Shown piece after piece: positions 12,400 through 24,558 of a stretch of DNA of 64,000 nucleotides. The position numbers and the translations under genes are program-made. Source of the stretch: Veleropilina oligotropha (Eukaryota); NCBI GenBank assembly GCA_048128005.1, contig JBEUKZ010000103.1, positions 62,001-126,000 of the forward strand, read 5' to 3'. Position 1 is the stretch's first letter; every line of letters starts with the position of its first letter. A model generated the notes under the pieces. It saw nothing but the letters and a program-made list of their open reading frames with translations, was not told the DNA's origin and did not search any database.

Positions 12400-13392
12400 A
12401 GAAATATTGTGACTTATTTTCATGTCAGAGAGAAATAATATAGAATAATTTGTCTCCTGAGTAAATATTGTATATTTTTACGTCAGAGAAATATTGTTAC
12501 TTATTTTCATGTCAGAGAGAAATAATATAGAATAATTTGTCTCCTGAGTAAATATTGTAGTATATTTTTATGTCAGAGAAATATTGTGACTTATTTTCAT
12601 GTCGGAGAGAAATAATATAGAATAATTTGTCTCCTGAGTAAATATTGTAGTATATTTTACGTCAGAGTGAAATAATGTGACTTATTTTCATGTCAGAGAG
12701 AAATAATATAGAATAATTTGTCTCCTGAGAAAATATTGTAGTATATTTCACGTCAGAGTGAAATAATGTGACTTATTTTCATGTCGGAGAGAAATAATAT
12801 AGAATAATTTGTCTCCTGAGTAAATATTGTAGTATATTTTACGTCAGAGTGAAATAATGTGACTTATTTTCATGTCAGAGAGAAATAATATAGAATAATT
12901 TGTCTCCTGAGAAAATATTGTAGTATATTTCACGTCAGAGTGAAATAATGTGACTTATTTTCATGTCAGAGAGAAATAATATAGAATAATTTGTCTCCTG
13001 AGTAAATATTGTAGTATATTTTACGTCAGAGTGAAATAATGTGACTTATTTTCATGTCAGAGAGAAATAATATAGAATAATTTGTCTCCTGAGAAAATAT
13101 TGTAGTATATTTTTACGTCAGAGAAATATTGTGACTTATTTTCATGTCAGAGAGAAATAATATAGAATAATTTGTCTCCTGAGAAAATATTGTAGTATAT
13201 TTTTACGTCAGAGAAATAATATAGAATAATTTGTCTCCTGAGAAAATATTGTAGTATATTTTTACGTCAGAGAAATAATATAGAATAATTTGTCTCCTGA
13301 GAAAATATTGTAGTATATTTTTATGTCGGAGTGAAATAATATAGAATAATTTGTCTCCTGAGTAAATATTGTAGTATATTTTTATGTCTGTG
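12400..13392 (-). repeat. Mirror AT-rich tandem array, longer and differently ordered
   Basis: Reverse complement of the same monomers; ~990 bp versus ~850 bp on the left. Confidence 0.95.
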
Positions 13393-13533
13393 AGCATTCT
13401 TGTATGAATAATATTTTATTGATAATGACATTGGATGTTATAACGAGATTCAATAAAATTGTACACATATTTTTTATTCAGAGTTGTACATTAATAGGGT
13501 AGCCATTGAAATTTTCCCAACTTGTTTTCCAGT

Positions 13534-13754
13534 GAAGCGAGAAAATACATCGATCACAATGAGTAAGAACGTAATATCATCATTGTACTTGGCAACATTT
13601 TACTGGGATTTGTAACGGTTATGGAACCGTGAGAATGTGTCACCATTTCTCTGATAGACTCAAAATTGACCAGTTTTGAATTGGTGTAATTTAATGTGAA
13701 ACCACGAACTTTGCAGGTTTCCTTGTCAGTATTAGTGCGATTGGTCAATTCACC
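13534..13754 (-). pseudogene. Mirror pPolB/integrase mosaic fragment
   Basis: Integrase piece reads AKYNDDITFLLIVIDVFSRF. Confidence 0.75.
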
Positions 13755-13929
13755 GACAAAACAGCGATTCGTGCCGAGCTTCGCCGGTATCGCGAACACC
13801 TGCGAGGGGGCCTCCAGCCGTCGGACTCCAGCGATAATTTCAACAATTGCAAATTGATATTTTCATAGTCAAACTTTATAAATGTGAATATGCAATTATA
13901 TTACCTTACTTATGATATATAATATATAT

Positions 13930-14178
13930 TCACGCATCAAAACACATCAGGGAACATTTACGTGCTCTCTTGGTTGTGTTTGGGTACTGCTTGTCATTGG
14001 AACATTTTATATCTGTCCAGATGCCATCAGCCATACATGCCTTTGTTAAATCGTCTACTTCTTCTAACTGGCGAATTTCGTCGCATAATAATTCTAATAT
14101 TTTCATATTAACAGCATCATCTCTCAACATATTATTAGCCTGGGCCCATTTGATCAAGTCAGAACTGATAGAATCCAT
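13930..14178 (-). CDS. Hypothetical 82-aa protein (ORF B), longer right-arm copy
   Basis: MDSISSDL...KRARKCSLMCFDA; aligns without gaps to part of ORF A. Confidence 0.5.
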   Translation of the reverse strand: MDSISSDLIKWAQANNMLRDDAVNMKILELLCDEIRQLEEVDDLTKACMADGIWTDIKCSNDKQYPNTTKRARKCSLMCFDA

Positions 14179-14691
14179 TTTGCTATAAAATAATAAACGA
14201 TACATTAATCTATGTATGTACAAACTATTAATTATGTTGTAATCTTTTACATTTTAAAAAAAGGTTAGAACAACGTTTAATCAAAATGACAAGTTTACTT
14301 TAAATCCCTTTCATTTGTAGATAATTGTAGAATTTCTTTTTGTTATTTGAAATGTGTTAAGTGGATAATTTTGAACACATATTTTTAAATATTATATTTT
14401 GAATAACATCACATATCGACGATTTATAAGTTCCTTAAAAACGCAATATCGCTCGTGTTTGCATGACGGTATAGTCTCAATTATCATAGTCTTAATGGTT
14501 TAGTACTTGTGTTTGTATGGCATTAGTTGCTATCAGAGTCTTAATGGTTATGCCCCAGGCGTAGGCACGCGTGAACGTACGTAATTCTAGTCTTAATGAT
14601 TTTGACCCCAGGTGTATGCATGCGTGTTCGCATGGCGGTAATGTGCTCTCGTGCTAAGCGATAGCCTGTGTTATATAATTAATTACCCCTT

Positions 14692-15012
14692 TTATCTACA
14701 CATACCTATAAATCTAATTGTCCATTTCAGTTTAAAGTTTTTTTGTCTTTTTGCAGAGGGGGTTTCAGTTACTTCCTGTTCAATCTCATGCATGCTCGGA
14801 AAATCAGTTACAAAATCTAGTAATGATTTGGTTATGGATACTGAATTACTACAAGATGTGTTATCATTAAAAATTTCATCACGGATTTCGTTCCAGTTAA
14901 GTTCATACAGTCTCGCTACAATTCGAGGGTCACTTTCCAAACCCCATAATGTTGAAAACTCTCGTAATTCAGTGACGTCAGTTACCGACGCAAGCAGTTC
15001 AACAAAATCCAT
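14692..15012 (-). CDS. Mirror copy of ORF A
   Basis: Same translation except one V/A difference (RIVVRL vs RIVARL). Confidence 0.5.
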   Translation of the reverse strand: MDFVELLASVTDVTELREFSTLWGLESDPRIVARLYELNWNEIRDEIFNDNTSCSNSVSITKSLLDFVTDFPSMHEIEQEVTETPSAKRQKNFKLKWTIRFIGMCR

Positions 15013-15676
15013 TTATAAGAAAATAAAAAATATATATATATTACTTGCATTTAACTGACTGCATGATATCGTCCACTGAGGACTGATGTCATATTTGGTC
15101 CATAAATATATCTCAATGTACTATTGGATATGTAAGTAACCATACTAACATATTTCCTTATGTTATTTCAATTAGTATTACTTTATTGGTCAAATCCAAA
15201 ATGGCTGCCCCATTAAACCAAAACTATGACTTGCGTTAGAAATGCACACATATTTATATAAATGATACAAATAGAACATAATCATTGCTATAAGTGTACC
15301 ATGTACCAGAAGAAATCCACAAAATCACCATTTTTACGCACATACACATATTTTTGTATATAGAAATTATTCGAAAGATTTATTCGTTGGACAAAAAAAG
15401 GTTAATAAAAACTCTCGGACATAGATAAATTAGAGATTATTTTATCAAATGCCAAGAAATTAATCGTATTGAAATAGCATTGAATTATGAATATACGACA
15501 TAAAAAATTCTTCAACTTAAAAATATTCTTCAAGATTTATTCGTTGGACAAAAATAATGTACATAAAAACTCTCTCTAGAGATAAATTAGACATTATTTA
15601 TCTAGACTCGAATAATTTAAACATAATTTTATCAAAGGCCAAGAAATCTGTACGTAAATATCTGTCTCTATGAGAT

Positions 15677-16225
15677 TTAATATCCATACGGTAAGGTGTT
15701 CAAATCGTTTAAGTTAGCCCTTTTAGTGTAGACCATGCGATATTTTTTATTTTCGTCACGGTTATAAAGTTTACGTTTCAACTTGTTTCGGCAAATTTTA
15801 CTGGAATTTGTGATTATGTAACCGTGAGAATTGGTGACAATTTCTTTGATAGACTCAAAATTGACCAGTTTTGAATTTGTGTAATTCAATGAGAAACCAC
15901 GAACTTTACAGGTTTCCTTGTCAGTATTCGTTCGATAAGCATAATTCTTCGACCCACCGGATATAAACTCTACGATGTAGTCCTCGTCTTCGAGTTCGTT
16001 TGTCAATTCACCTAAATAATCTCCCAAGGGCATGTCTATTTGTCCAGGTCCGGTCACGTAAATCACTGAATCGGTGTCATAATACAGGACTTGTCTGTTC
16101 AATCGATCTAATACGTCATACAGTTTTAATCTCGCCCAACAGGTCGTAAATGTTGCGATGTAAATATTTGCCCTGTCATTGTCAGGGATGTCAGTGTCTG
16201 ATCGAATGTACTCCAATTGAATCAT
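15677..16225 (-). pseudogene. Mirror copy of the pPolB C-terminal fragment
   Basis: Translation identical to the left copy from MIQLEY onward. Confidence 0.92.
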
Positions 16226-19200
16226 ATCAGGGGCGATAAGATGAAAATCCTGAACTACTTTGCTGAGAGTTTATACACAATCTGTCTGATGTAGAATTAA
16301 TTAAATTTATGACATGTTTCGAAACCGCATTGCCTATAGCAATGCCCTCTTGTAATTAACATGCAGGCAGGTGTCGCATTGTTATACAGGAGCACTCAGC
16401 CTTAATACGCTGTGGGCGTCCATATCATGACATGTGAAATGACGGCACTGACAATGAATGCAACATTGGAAATGTACAAAATACGTGTTTTCAGGAAAGA
16501 TGTCATTTTATTTGGATTTAAACATATTGGATTTACTTTACCGCATGATACGACTGAAATTTATAACAAATGTTCGTTATCTTAATGGTTAACATGGCAT
16601 TTCTTAAGCGTTCTGGATTTACTGATTCTGATTCACTGCGATCACTGCGCAATTACCAAAATACTGGAGCTTTTAAACAAAGAAAAAACATGGCGGCTGT
16701 TGATATTCACTGTCAAAACGCACATGTATAACGAATACTGGGACGTAAGTATTATACGATAATATGTACACAAGATTGCGTATTATTGCGGCATTGGGTA
16801 AATATTAATATAACAATACAACTCATCTTTGCAAGCTTAAACACAACCAATTTGGAGATACAAGCCTTTATTATAATTAGTAAAAGATATTTATTTATAC
16901 GCTTCATAGTCTTTTTTGTAGTATCAGAAGAATTGTTTGTTTATGTTGTTGTTTCGTCAATAAATATTGTTTAAACTAAGTGCCTACAATAATACTGAAT
17001 CTTCAGTTATTTAATTTTATTTTTAAGATAATTGAATAACACATTATGGCGATATTGCATGTTAATTAATCTGAATAAATATGTACCATTAAAAACAATA
17101 AATATATAGTTATATTAAAATAAAAAACCCCGGTTATATATATATATATATAGACACACCATAAAAAAATGGATTACACATTATATAAACTATCTATCAC
17201 TGTATATAATTATTTTAATAATAAAAAAAGGACAATATGGAGCGTCTTTATATCCGAATATAAGTGCATGCGTTATGCTATATATTCATTTTTTTTTTCC
17301 TTTACAGTACAAACGTCTACACCAATACTTGACTGTCCGGCAGTAACTCTATTTGCGTTTCAGTTTCATCGCAAAGTAATCGATATGACAAAAACACGCA
17401 AAATTTATAACAATGGTTAACGCTATAAACATGCTTATTATAACTGTCTTTCAAGGTTATTATGTAGAGGTCGTACATATTAGTTATATTTTCCTTTTCA
17501 GATCGCTGGCTAGGAGTCTACATTACCATGGCTGTGATCAAACATACGCATACCATAAATTTAAACTGTTCACATTTTATATGTATTTAGATAGATATAT
17601 AATTAGTAGATTTCTACATGCTTTATTAAATATATTTCTTCCATGTGTTTTTGGTCATTATCACCGGTTTATTCAATGAGTTACACCAGGGTTAGCACTG
17701 GCTTCTGATTCAAATTCGCCAAGTGATTCGCCAATGCCATTTCAAATTCGCCAATAGGCACTCAAATTCGCCAGCTTTATAGAAATAATTGCGTTGCATT
17801 TGTTTCAGTTGTCTGTGTATGTAGTGATGTGTGTATAGGTGTTTAAGAATGGAAATAACACGTAGTGTTTATATCTATATATATTTCTTACTTTTCAGTT
17901 GATTTTTATCAATCAATAATTGGCGAAAATGTGAAATGATTATTAACGACCATATATCAACAATTCTTTTGGAAAAATTAAATATTGACTTATGAACAGA
18001 ATTAATTCCGATATATATGTATGCAGTGTGTAATTGATGCAGTGTACAGTGAATGCCATGAAAGACTATATGGTTCATGAAAAATGCTCCGCACAATTTC
18101 AACTTTGGAATTGAACCAGCTGATCTCTGCTTTGTGGTCTTGCTGCTTTTAAAGACTATAGGCAATCAATGTCCCATGTGATGTCAGAAAACGAGAAGTT
18201 TAGTTTACTTCAGCCAGCATAATCTTTAATGAACTATTTATCTTCTCAAGAAATCATTATGAAACACAACTCGCCATGACATGAAACAACAGTAATTGTT
18301 CTGATTTGTCAGAGACCTTTATTTAAACTCAGCAAGGAGATACAACAAAATAACATTAACAAGAAAATACATCAACACACAGCACACAAAAGTACCTAGA
18401 CATCGCATAAAAATATACAGATGATTTGTATAAAATTCACAAAGTAATACAGCATATTATTTGCACATCGAGCATTTACAAGTGCTGCCATTCCAAGTTT
18501 GTAATTTTGATTTAAAGCTCTTGTAGGAGACTGCTTGTCTCGATTTGTTAAAACTTTTAACTTGCATGTATTTATTTGACGATAATAGTTTGGTAAGTCT
18601 AACTATTGTTCAACTGTTCAATATCGAATTGCAGTTTATTAAAGTTTGCGACAGAAAAAAAAGAAATTACGAATTTCATAAATGCGTTTTTGTAATTTTC
18701 GCACATGGATTGTGATAGCGTCGACTTGTGCGCTGCGCGTGCACACCAAACCGGCTATGACATTGCCACAATGAGCTTTTCATGCTAGTTTATTAAGCGA
18801 TAATTATCCAATACCTACGTGATATCGATATCCGACATTAAAACATCAAAATACGGCTTTTATTATAAGAAAACTTGTAAATTACGTTCAAATAATTCAG
18901 CTTTCTGCTCGGTTGGACGCCATTAAAATTGATAAAGGTACCCAGATGTACGCATCGACAATTATCGCATTTTATAGATTTGCGTAAGAAATGTTAAAAG
19001 TTGGTATATTATTTTGTATTCTGAAGTTATGTAATTATTTTAACAAAATGAAAACCTTATGTTACTTTCGAAACAAATATTAACTAGGACGCATTAACAA
19101 ATCCACTTTGGTTCAGGGTTATAATAGGTCTAACTTTATTTATTTCGATGTTCCGTTTACGGTGGCCGTCAGAGACAAACACTTTTAACTGAACAGAATT

Positions 19201-19809
19201 TAATGTTTATACAAATAATTTATAAAGAACTAGGCCCTAGTGGACGTTTTTATGACTTCAATTAGTGCACTGTTCCCCATATCGAGTAAATAAGCTTCTA
19301 GCCACTCTGACAAGCGACGTACTGATTAGACAAGTAATCTTTATACATATTTCTACTGATTACATTATATAAAACCATAGTTTTCCTAGCAATTATATAT
19401 ATTTACCTCGATGCAAAATTGTCCTTTTCGTATTTACTTCAACGATGCAAAGATGGCCTCTAGCAGATGTTATATAAAACCCGAGAACAAAAGAGTTCGC
19501 TATAAATCCCGACAATATCATTGGATAAGAGAGAGCAGGTGTTCGCTAGACACGCCCCCTCTATGCTAATTGATAGTGCCCCAGGGTATAAAAATCGCCA
19601 CTGCGCCACCGAAAGTTCGCTATAAATCCCGACAATATCATTGGACAGTACGGAACAAAGGAAGTTCGCTAGACACGCCCCCTCGATGCTGATTGATAGT
19701 AAGGAACAAAGAAAACCGACAATACATTACCCACAATACACCACTGCGCATGCGTCAACGAAAATGCCCTAAGGCACCGGAAGTTGACCAGGGTACGGTT
19801 ATTACTACT

Positions 19810-19815
19810 TATATA
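19810..19815. repeat. Candidate 6-bp target-site duplication TATATA (right copy)
   Basis: Immediately follows ACTACT; inverted similarity stops beyond it. Confidence 0.7.
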
Positions 19816-20029
19816 TCCATGTATACATACATGTACCTACAAAATCGTTTCCTTCTATTATTATGCTTGAACATACCAGTGCGATGCCACAAGGCTTAAA
19901 ATTCACAGATCCATGATAGCGACGATATATATCCAACTTAACTCTTGTATGAAGATTATAACTGTAGGCCTATATATACCCATCACAAAATCAAGCGTAT
20001 AATAGATTTAGATCACAAAAGGAAAGGAG

Positions 20030-20245
20030 GTCCAAGGCAAGACATGTCCATATTATCGCGAGAGAAAAGCACGGTTTCTCGGAAAACCCCGCCTTCTCTG
20101 ACTAGCTACCGACAACTGTGATTCATAACAGAACAAATAAAGTCATGTGTCAACCGTGATTCGAACACACTACTTTTTGTGGTCATTGGAATCAAGTGAT
20201 TTTCGGAGTCTGCAACCGAAACGACTCAACTGTCGGAGCGGCAGG
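20030..20245 (-). mobile_element. Decayed tRNA-derived SINE
   Basis: B-box-like GTTCGAATC on the minus strand (~20158-20166), followed by a GGTTTTCCG..CCG segment; A box unclear. Confidence 0.35.
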
Positions 20246-21499
20246 TATATCACACAGACAGGGTGTTAATATTGCTCGATGAAAACAGGTAGAACACTGC
20301 ATTATGCAATATGGCAGACTTTCTGTTATATTTTTCATTAGTGTTCGCAAGAAGCATATTCATTGATGACTGTACCAGAGTATTGTCGTTCACGGTACAT
20401 GTTGGTACAGCATTCTAATTCACGATGAAGTAGTTTTGTATGGGTAGACGATGCTATCATTACTGGTTTAATAATCGAAATATGTAAATTCAGGCTACAA
20501 TAGAGAAGGCCTGGGTTTGATACGTTTAGACACCAGTGTCAGTTTTGGGCGAACTTAAAACCGCAATCTGTTTTTGTGTCGGCCATTTTGAATTTTATTC
20601 GTAAACGAAAATTTAGGCTCATGGATTGGTGATAAGAAATATTTATGCGCTCCAGTGGATTATAAGACCCTTAAACATAGGGGTTTAGACATCAGAATCA
20701 AGTCCCTATATCCATTATTGGTGAACTTGTAACCGAAATTGAATTTCGCTCGTAAAAAATGCTCAATGATGACAAACTGTCTGTAGGCGTATGGTCTGTT
20801 CTACCAAAATCACAAATAAAACGTATGCACTCTTAAACACACTCATGACCTGATATCTGTAATTCATTATGTTTTTAATTGTTTACAGGTTGTTATTTAC
20901 ATTATATTGATAATACTGCGCGATATATTCATAATTCCCCTCGCTTACGTTCCGGTAATTATGTCAGATATTTTCGCAGGGGCCAAGGTATTATCTATTA
21001 CATAAAGCTGCCTAGGCTATTATATTTTAAAAACATCTTTTGGAAGAACACCCTCGATGCCCACAAAACCGCTGTACGTAGGCTTACACATGGGTCAACG
21101 TACTCTTCAAAGCTACCTTTATATAAAACTAGTTATGCGCAATGCTCTGTTACAACTTTACCCTTTAAAAAACCCCAAAACAACAAATTTGCTTCCCACG
21201 ACGTTGAAAAGTTTAATTTACTCGCGTAAATAATTACCTCACTGGAGCTCTTACAAACGATTGCAATTCTCTTGACGTTGTAAAACAATGCGCTTTATAT
21301 TAATCACTTGCAAGCGATTGTTAGTTTACACTTCAGGTCCAAGGGGAAGTAAGTATGACCGTTGATTGACAATTGGTTTATTAATGGTCAGAGATCATAT
21401 CGAACAAATGAGGTAACTGCAACAGTCTGGTTGAATAAAACAATGACATGGTTTTGTTTACCACATTAGTTCAACTTGCGTATGAAAAGTCGGAATACT

Positions 21500-21680
21500 T
21501 GCGGTCACATCCTTGCCCGAACTTCCCTGACAGACGATTGCAACCTACTTTAAAGACATGGCAAGCAAGTAGGTAAACGGCCGAATGAAAAGCATCTTCG
21601 CACGATGGGGTATCCCCGAAGAATTCTTCAGGGATAACGGAACACAATTCACGGCCTCAGAATTCCAAGATTTTCAAGAA
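21500..21680 (+). pseudogene. Gypsy-type LTR retrotransposon integrase fragment
   Basis: KSIFARWGIPEEF.RDNGTQFTASEFQDF resembles the rve core around the second catalytic Asp. Confidence 0.8.
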
Positions 21681-21729
21681 CGAGAATGCCTTGTCGAAGA
21701 TCTTGCCCAGACGTTAGGGGCGTGGCTTT

Positions 21730-21870
21730 ACAGTGCAGTTACATCGATGTTGCATTTACCCTGCATCCTATGTTTTTCGTATCCCATGTTTACCTATCAC
21801 TTTCATCCAGGTGTCCGACTCGCATCCAACGCGAGCGTTGAAGTCTCCGAGGATAACAAGCTGCCGTAAT
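21730..21870 (-). pseudogene. RTE-clade LINE AP-endonuclease fragment
   Basis: Minus strand translates QLVILGDFNARVGCESDTWMKVIGKHG. Confidence 0.8.
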
Positions 21871-22479
21871 CGCTCTGTCCAGATGACTACAGAAACGATG
21901 ATCATGGAACATATACATTAGACGAAAACGTGGAATAACTTTCTTGTAGTTTACGGACTCACCCTCTCCTCTCCCAGACCTATATTTAAAGAACTCAAGA
22001 ATGGGCCTACTATACACTTCCTGCAAAGATAATTACTTCATAGGTTAATTAGGTCGTCTTGTCCTAATTCTATAGGTTTCAAACTTTCAACATGACATGC
22101 TTGGTTTCATTTCAGAACAATCACGGTATTATCATTCGACTATGCGGGCACGTAGGAAGATAGTCTCACCTGGGGAGCCACGCTACACACACGCACACAT
22201 ACATACATATATATGGACATCAGAACATCATGGATATACACGAATCACTCTTCTTTTTCTTCTATAACTACAGCCACCGGATACAGGTACAGGCTTGAGT
22301 TCATAGGTTCCTATTTGTCAGGATACGGACCGGCTAACTCCCTTGTTGTTGTAACGGGTATGTTGGGTGCTGCACCCTGTTACCAGCATGCAGAAATAAC
22401 AGGCTGCCCCCTATTTCTATGGCTAATATATTCCCAACTGGACAACAGCTCCCTGTTGTCCCGGACTGGATCTTCTAGG

Positions 22480-22850
22480 TGCTGTTTCTAATGGTCACCA
22501 TACGGACAGAATACGGCTTCTTCGTCCAAGACTGGATAGGTGCTGTTCCTCTTCACTTGATCACCAGACGGACAGGATACGGATCCTTCGTCCTATACTG
22601 GATAGACGGTGACCTGTGCTGTTCCTCTTCACTTGGTCACCATACGGACAGGATACGGATCCTTCGTCCTATACTGAATATACCTGTTCTGTTCCTCTTC
22701 ACTTGGTCACCATACGGATCCTTCGTCCTATACTGGATATACCTGTTCTGTTCCTCTTCACTTGGTCACCATATGGATCCTTCGTCCTATACTGGATCTA
22801 CCTGTTCTGTTCCTCTTCACTAGGTCACCATACGGATACGATACGGATTC
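22480..22850. repeat. ~60-80-bp tandem repeat
   Basis: GGATCCTTCGTCCTATACTG...CTGTTCCTCTTCACTTGGTCACCATA recurs at ~22581, 22657, 22716 and 22775, with a more diverged copy upstream. Confidence 0.85.
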
Positions 22851-23438
22851 TTACTATGTGTGTTAATATCACGATGTGACTGAATAATCCGGGGGCCAAC
22901 CTCCAGAAAGGGCCCTAAAAATGGTTGGAGGTGCACCCCTCTGCTCTAAATGGTTTGTGGTATTTTTTGGACTCTATGACCATCCAGTGTCCAGATTAGG
23001 GTGGCCTGCTCGCGATCTGCTCTTGCAAAAATAGTTTTTTGGGCTGTTTTGGAGGTATACCCCGTATCGGCTTCGAAAATCACCCGCGGCGTTCACCACA
23101 AGGGGTTTGGTTCTTCAAACTTCAATTGCTCAGCTTATATTTGGAGCACATGCATCAGTAATACCTTAAAATGTCCATTAATAACCATACTTTCTGATGA
23201 AGCTAGTGGCGACTCTTTGTCTGATGAGGAAAATTTTATTTTATATATATTATACTAGTCTAAATCTCTAACCGGCTTTGAAATGTTGACGCGAATGAAA
23301 ATAAGATGGTGTTGTTCTTCAACTATTATTTGTGTAACCTTCATTCTGTTTATTGGCAACCACTATATAGTAGAATGTCCACTTATGACCTTTAATCCAT
23401 TTCCAGGTGTTTTGCTCTTGATAAATGCTCAGGAATTG

Positions 23439-23789
23439 TACTGTAAAGCCTAAAAGTTTCGCAGCCGCGCTTTTGTGATCCTGGCAGTTTCGCGGCCTTT
23501 AAGTTTCGCGGATTCTTTCCCCCAAAGGCTAGCTGTATTAGCTGTGCAGATTATATTTATGCTAGCTTTTTAAAATGTTTCATTAATATGTAGAGAATAA
23601 AAATAGTCCCTTATTACTACTAACAACCTGTAGTATATAATTGACCTACGTGGAACATGTCCATCCACTTTACATGTATGAACTAGATCTTAATAAAAAA
23701 AAAAAAAAAAGTTTTGCGGCCATTAAGTTTCGCGATTTCACCCCCGTCGCGAAACTAAATGGCCGCGAAACATTTAGGGCTTTAGAATA
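23439..23789. mobile_element. MITE with ~25-bp imperfect TIRs and TA ends
   Basis: TACTGTAAAGCCTAAAAGTTTCGC ... GCGAAACATTTAGGGCTTTAGAATA; internal subterminal GTTTCGCG repeats. Confidence 0.7.
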
Positions 23790-24558
23790 TTTAACAATGT
23801 ACCATCAAATATACCGCTGCGGCAGTTTTGGACGTTTGCCACCCGAATCCGCGCAACTTCCAACATCAGAAGGCTTCTTCAAAGTAGGCATGTGCAGCGA
23901 ACATTCTGACATATGCAACAGTTATATATCACAATTCTTAACCCTCTGCTCTTGTGAAATATGATGTACAACTTATCATGCCACTTGCATAGTGATATAT
24001 TGAAGTACGAATCAGAAAGCAATTTTTCCAATGAACAGTGAACAGTCGGTGTAATTTAGCGACCGATGTCCCCTTTATGCTACAGTATTCTCCCTAGCGA
24101 GTAAATTCAAACTAAAAGCAGTTATGTTGGTGCGCGGCAGACGCGATAGCGTCAAAACAAATTCCCATAGTATGTCTCAAAACATAGGTAAATGGTCCCG
24201 GTTTTTATGTAATAAGTTGTAATATCAAGTGTATAGCTGAATAAGTCTGTTTAAACGTAAAGTTCAGTTAATAAATTGTTATTCTCAAAAGACGGCACGG
24301 CCGAAATATTTCGTTGTACGGAGGCCCATTGGTGCCACTCTTCGCGCTTGGTTTTATTAATAGGCCCTTTTAAATGTGTGCATGTCCCTCTATTAGGCTG
24401 TATATCACGTATGCAACATTTTAAATGTAAATAAATAAAGTATGATGCTGATATTGTCTACCAGCGGGTTATATCATCAACAGTGTAAAGCTTTCGTTTA
24501 AAAAAAGAGTAGAAGTAACGTTTTTTTAATTTGATTTTCTTCAGGTTATTGACGAGCC

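Larger units (their letters stand above)
4850..19809. mobile_element. Non-autonomous Polinton/Maverick-derived element that is a whole-length palindrome (~15 kb)
   Basis: Starts AGTAGTAATAACCGTA at 4850 and ends TACGGTTATTACTACT at 19809; ORFs are mirrored between arms (8376+/15677-, 9609+/14692-, 10815+/13554-, 6447+/17875-); carries pPolB and integrase remnants; flanked by TATATA on both sides. Confidence 0.9.

Noticed and set aside
11222..13392. CRISPR-like regular repeats (also considered for 28318-28545)
   Set aside because: No unique spacers, no cas genes, and the context is eukaryotic.
4850..19809. Assembly or chimeric-read fold-back artefact
   Set aside because: Arms differ by substitutions, indels, a micro-inversion and array length, and end precisely at Polinton-like termini; considered unlikely but not excluded without reads.
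4850..19809. Complete autonomous Polinton or endogenous virus
   Set aside because: No full pPolB or integrase, and no capsid, ATPase or protease ORF recognised.
22890..23270. Possible left terminus of the Academ element near TACTAGTC (~23254-23260)
   Set aside because: No matching right TIR in the window to confirm it.
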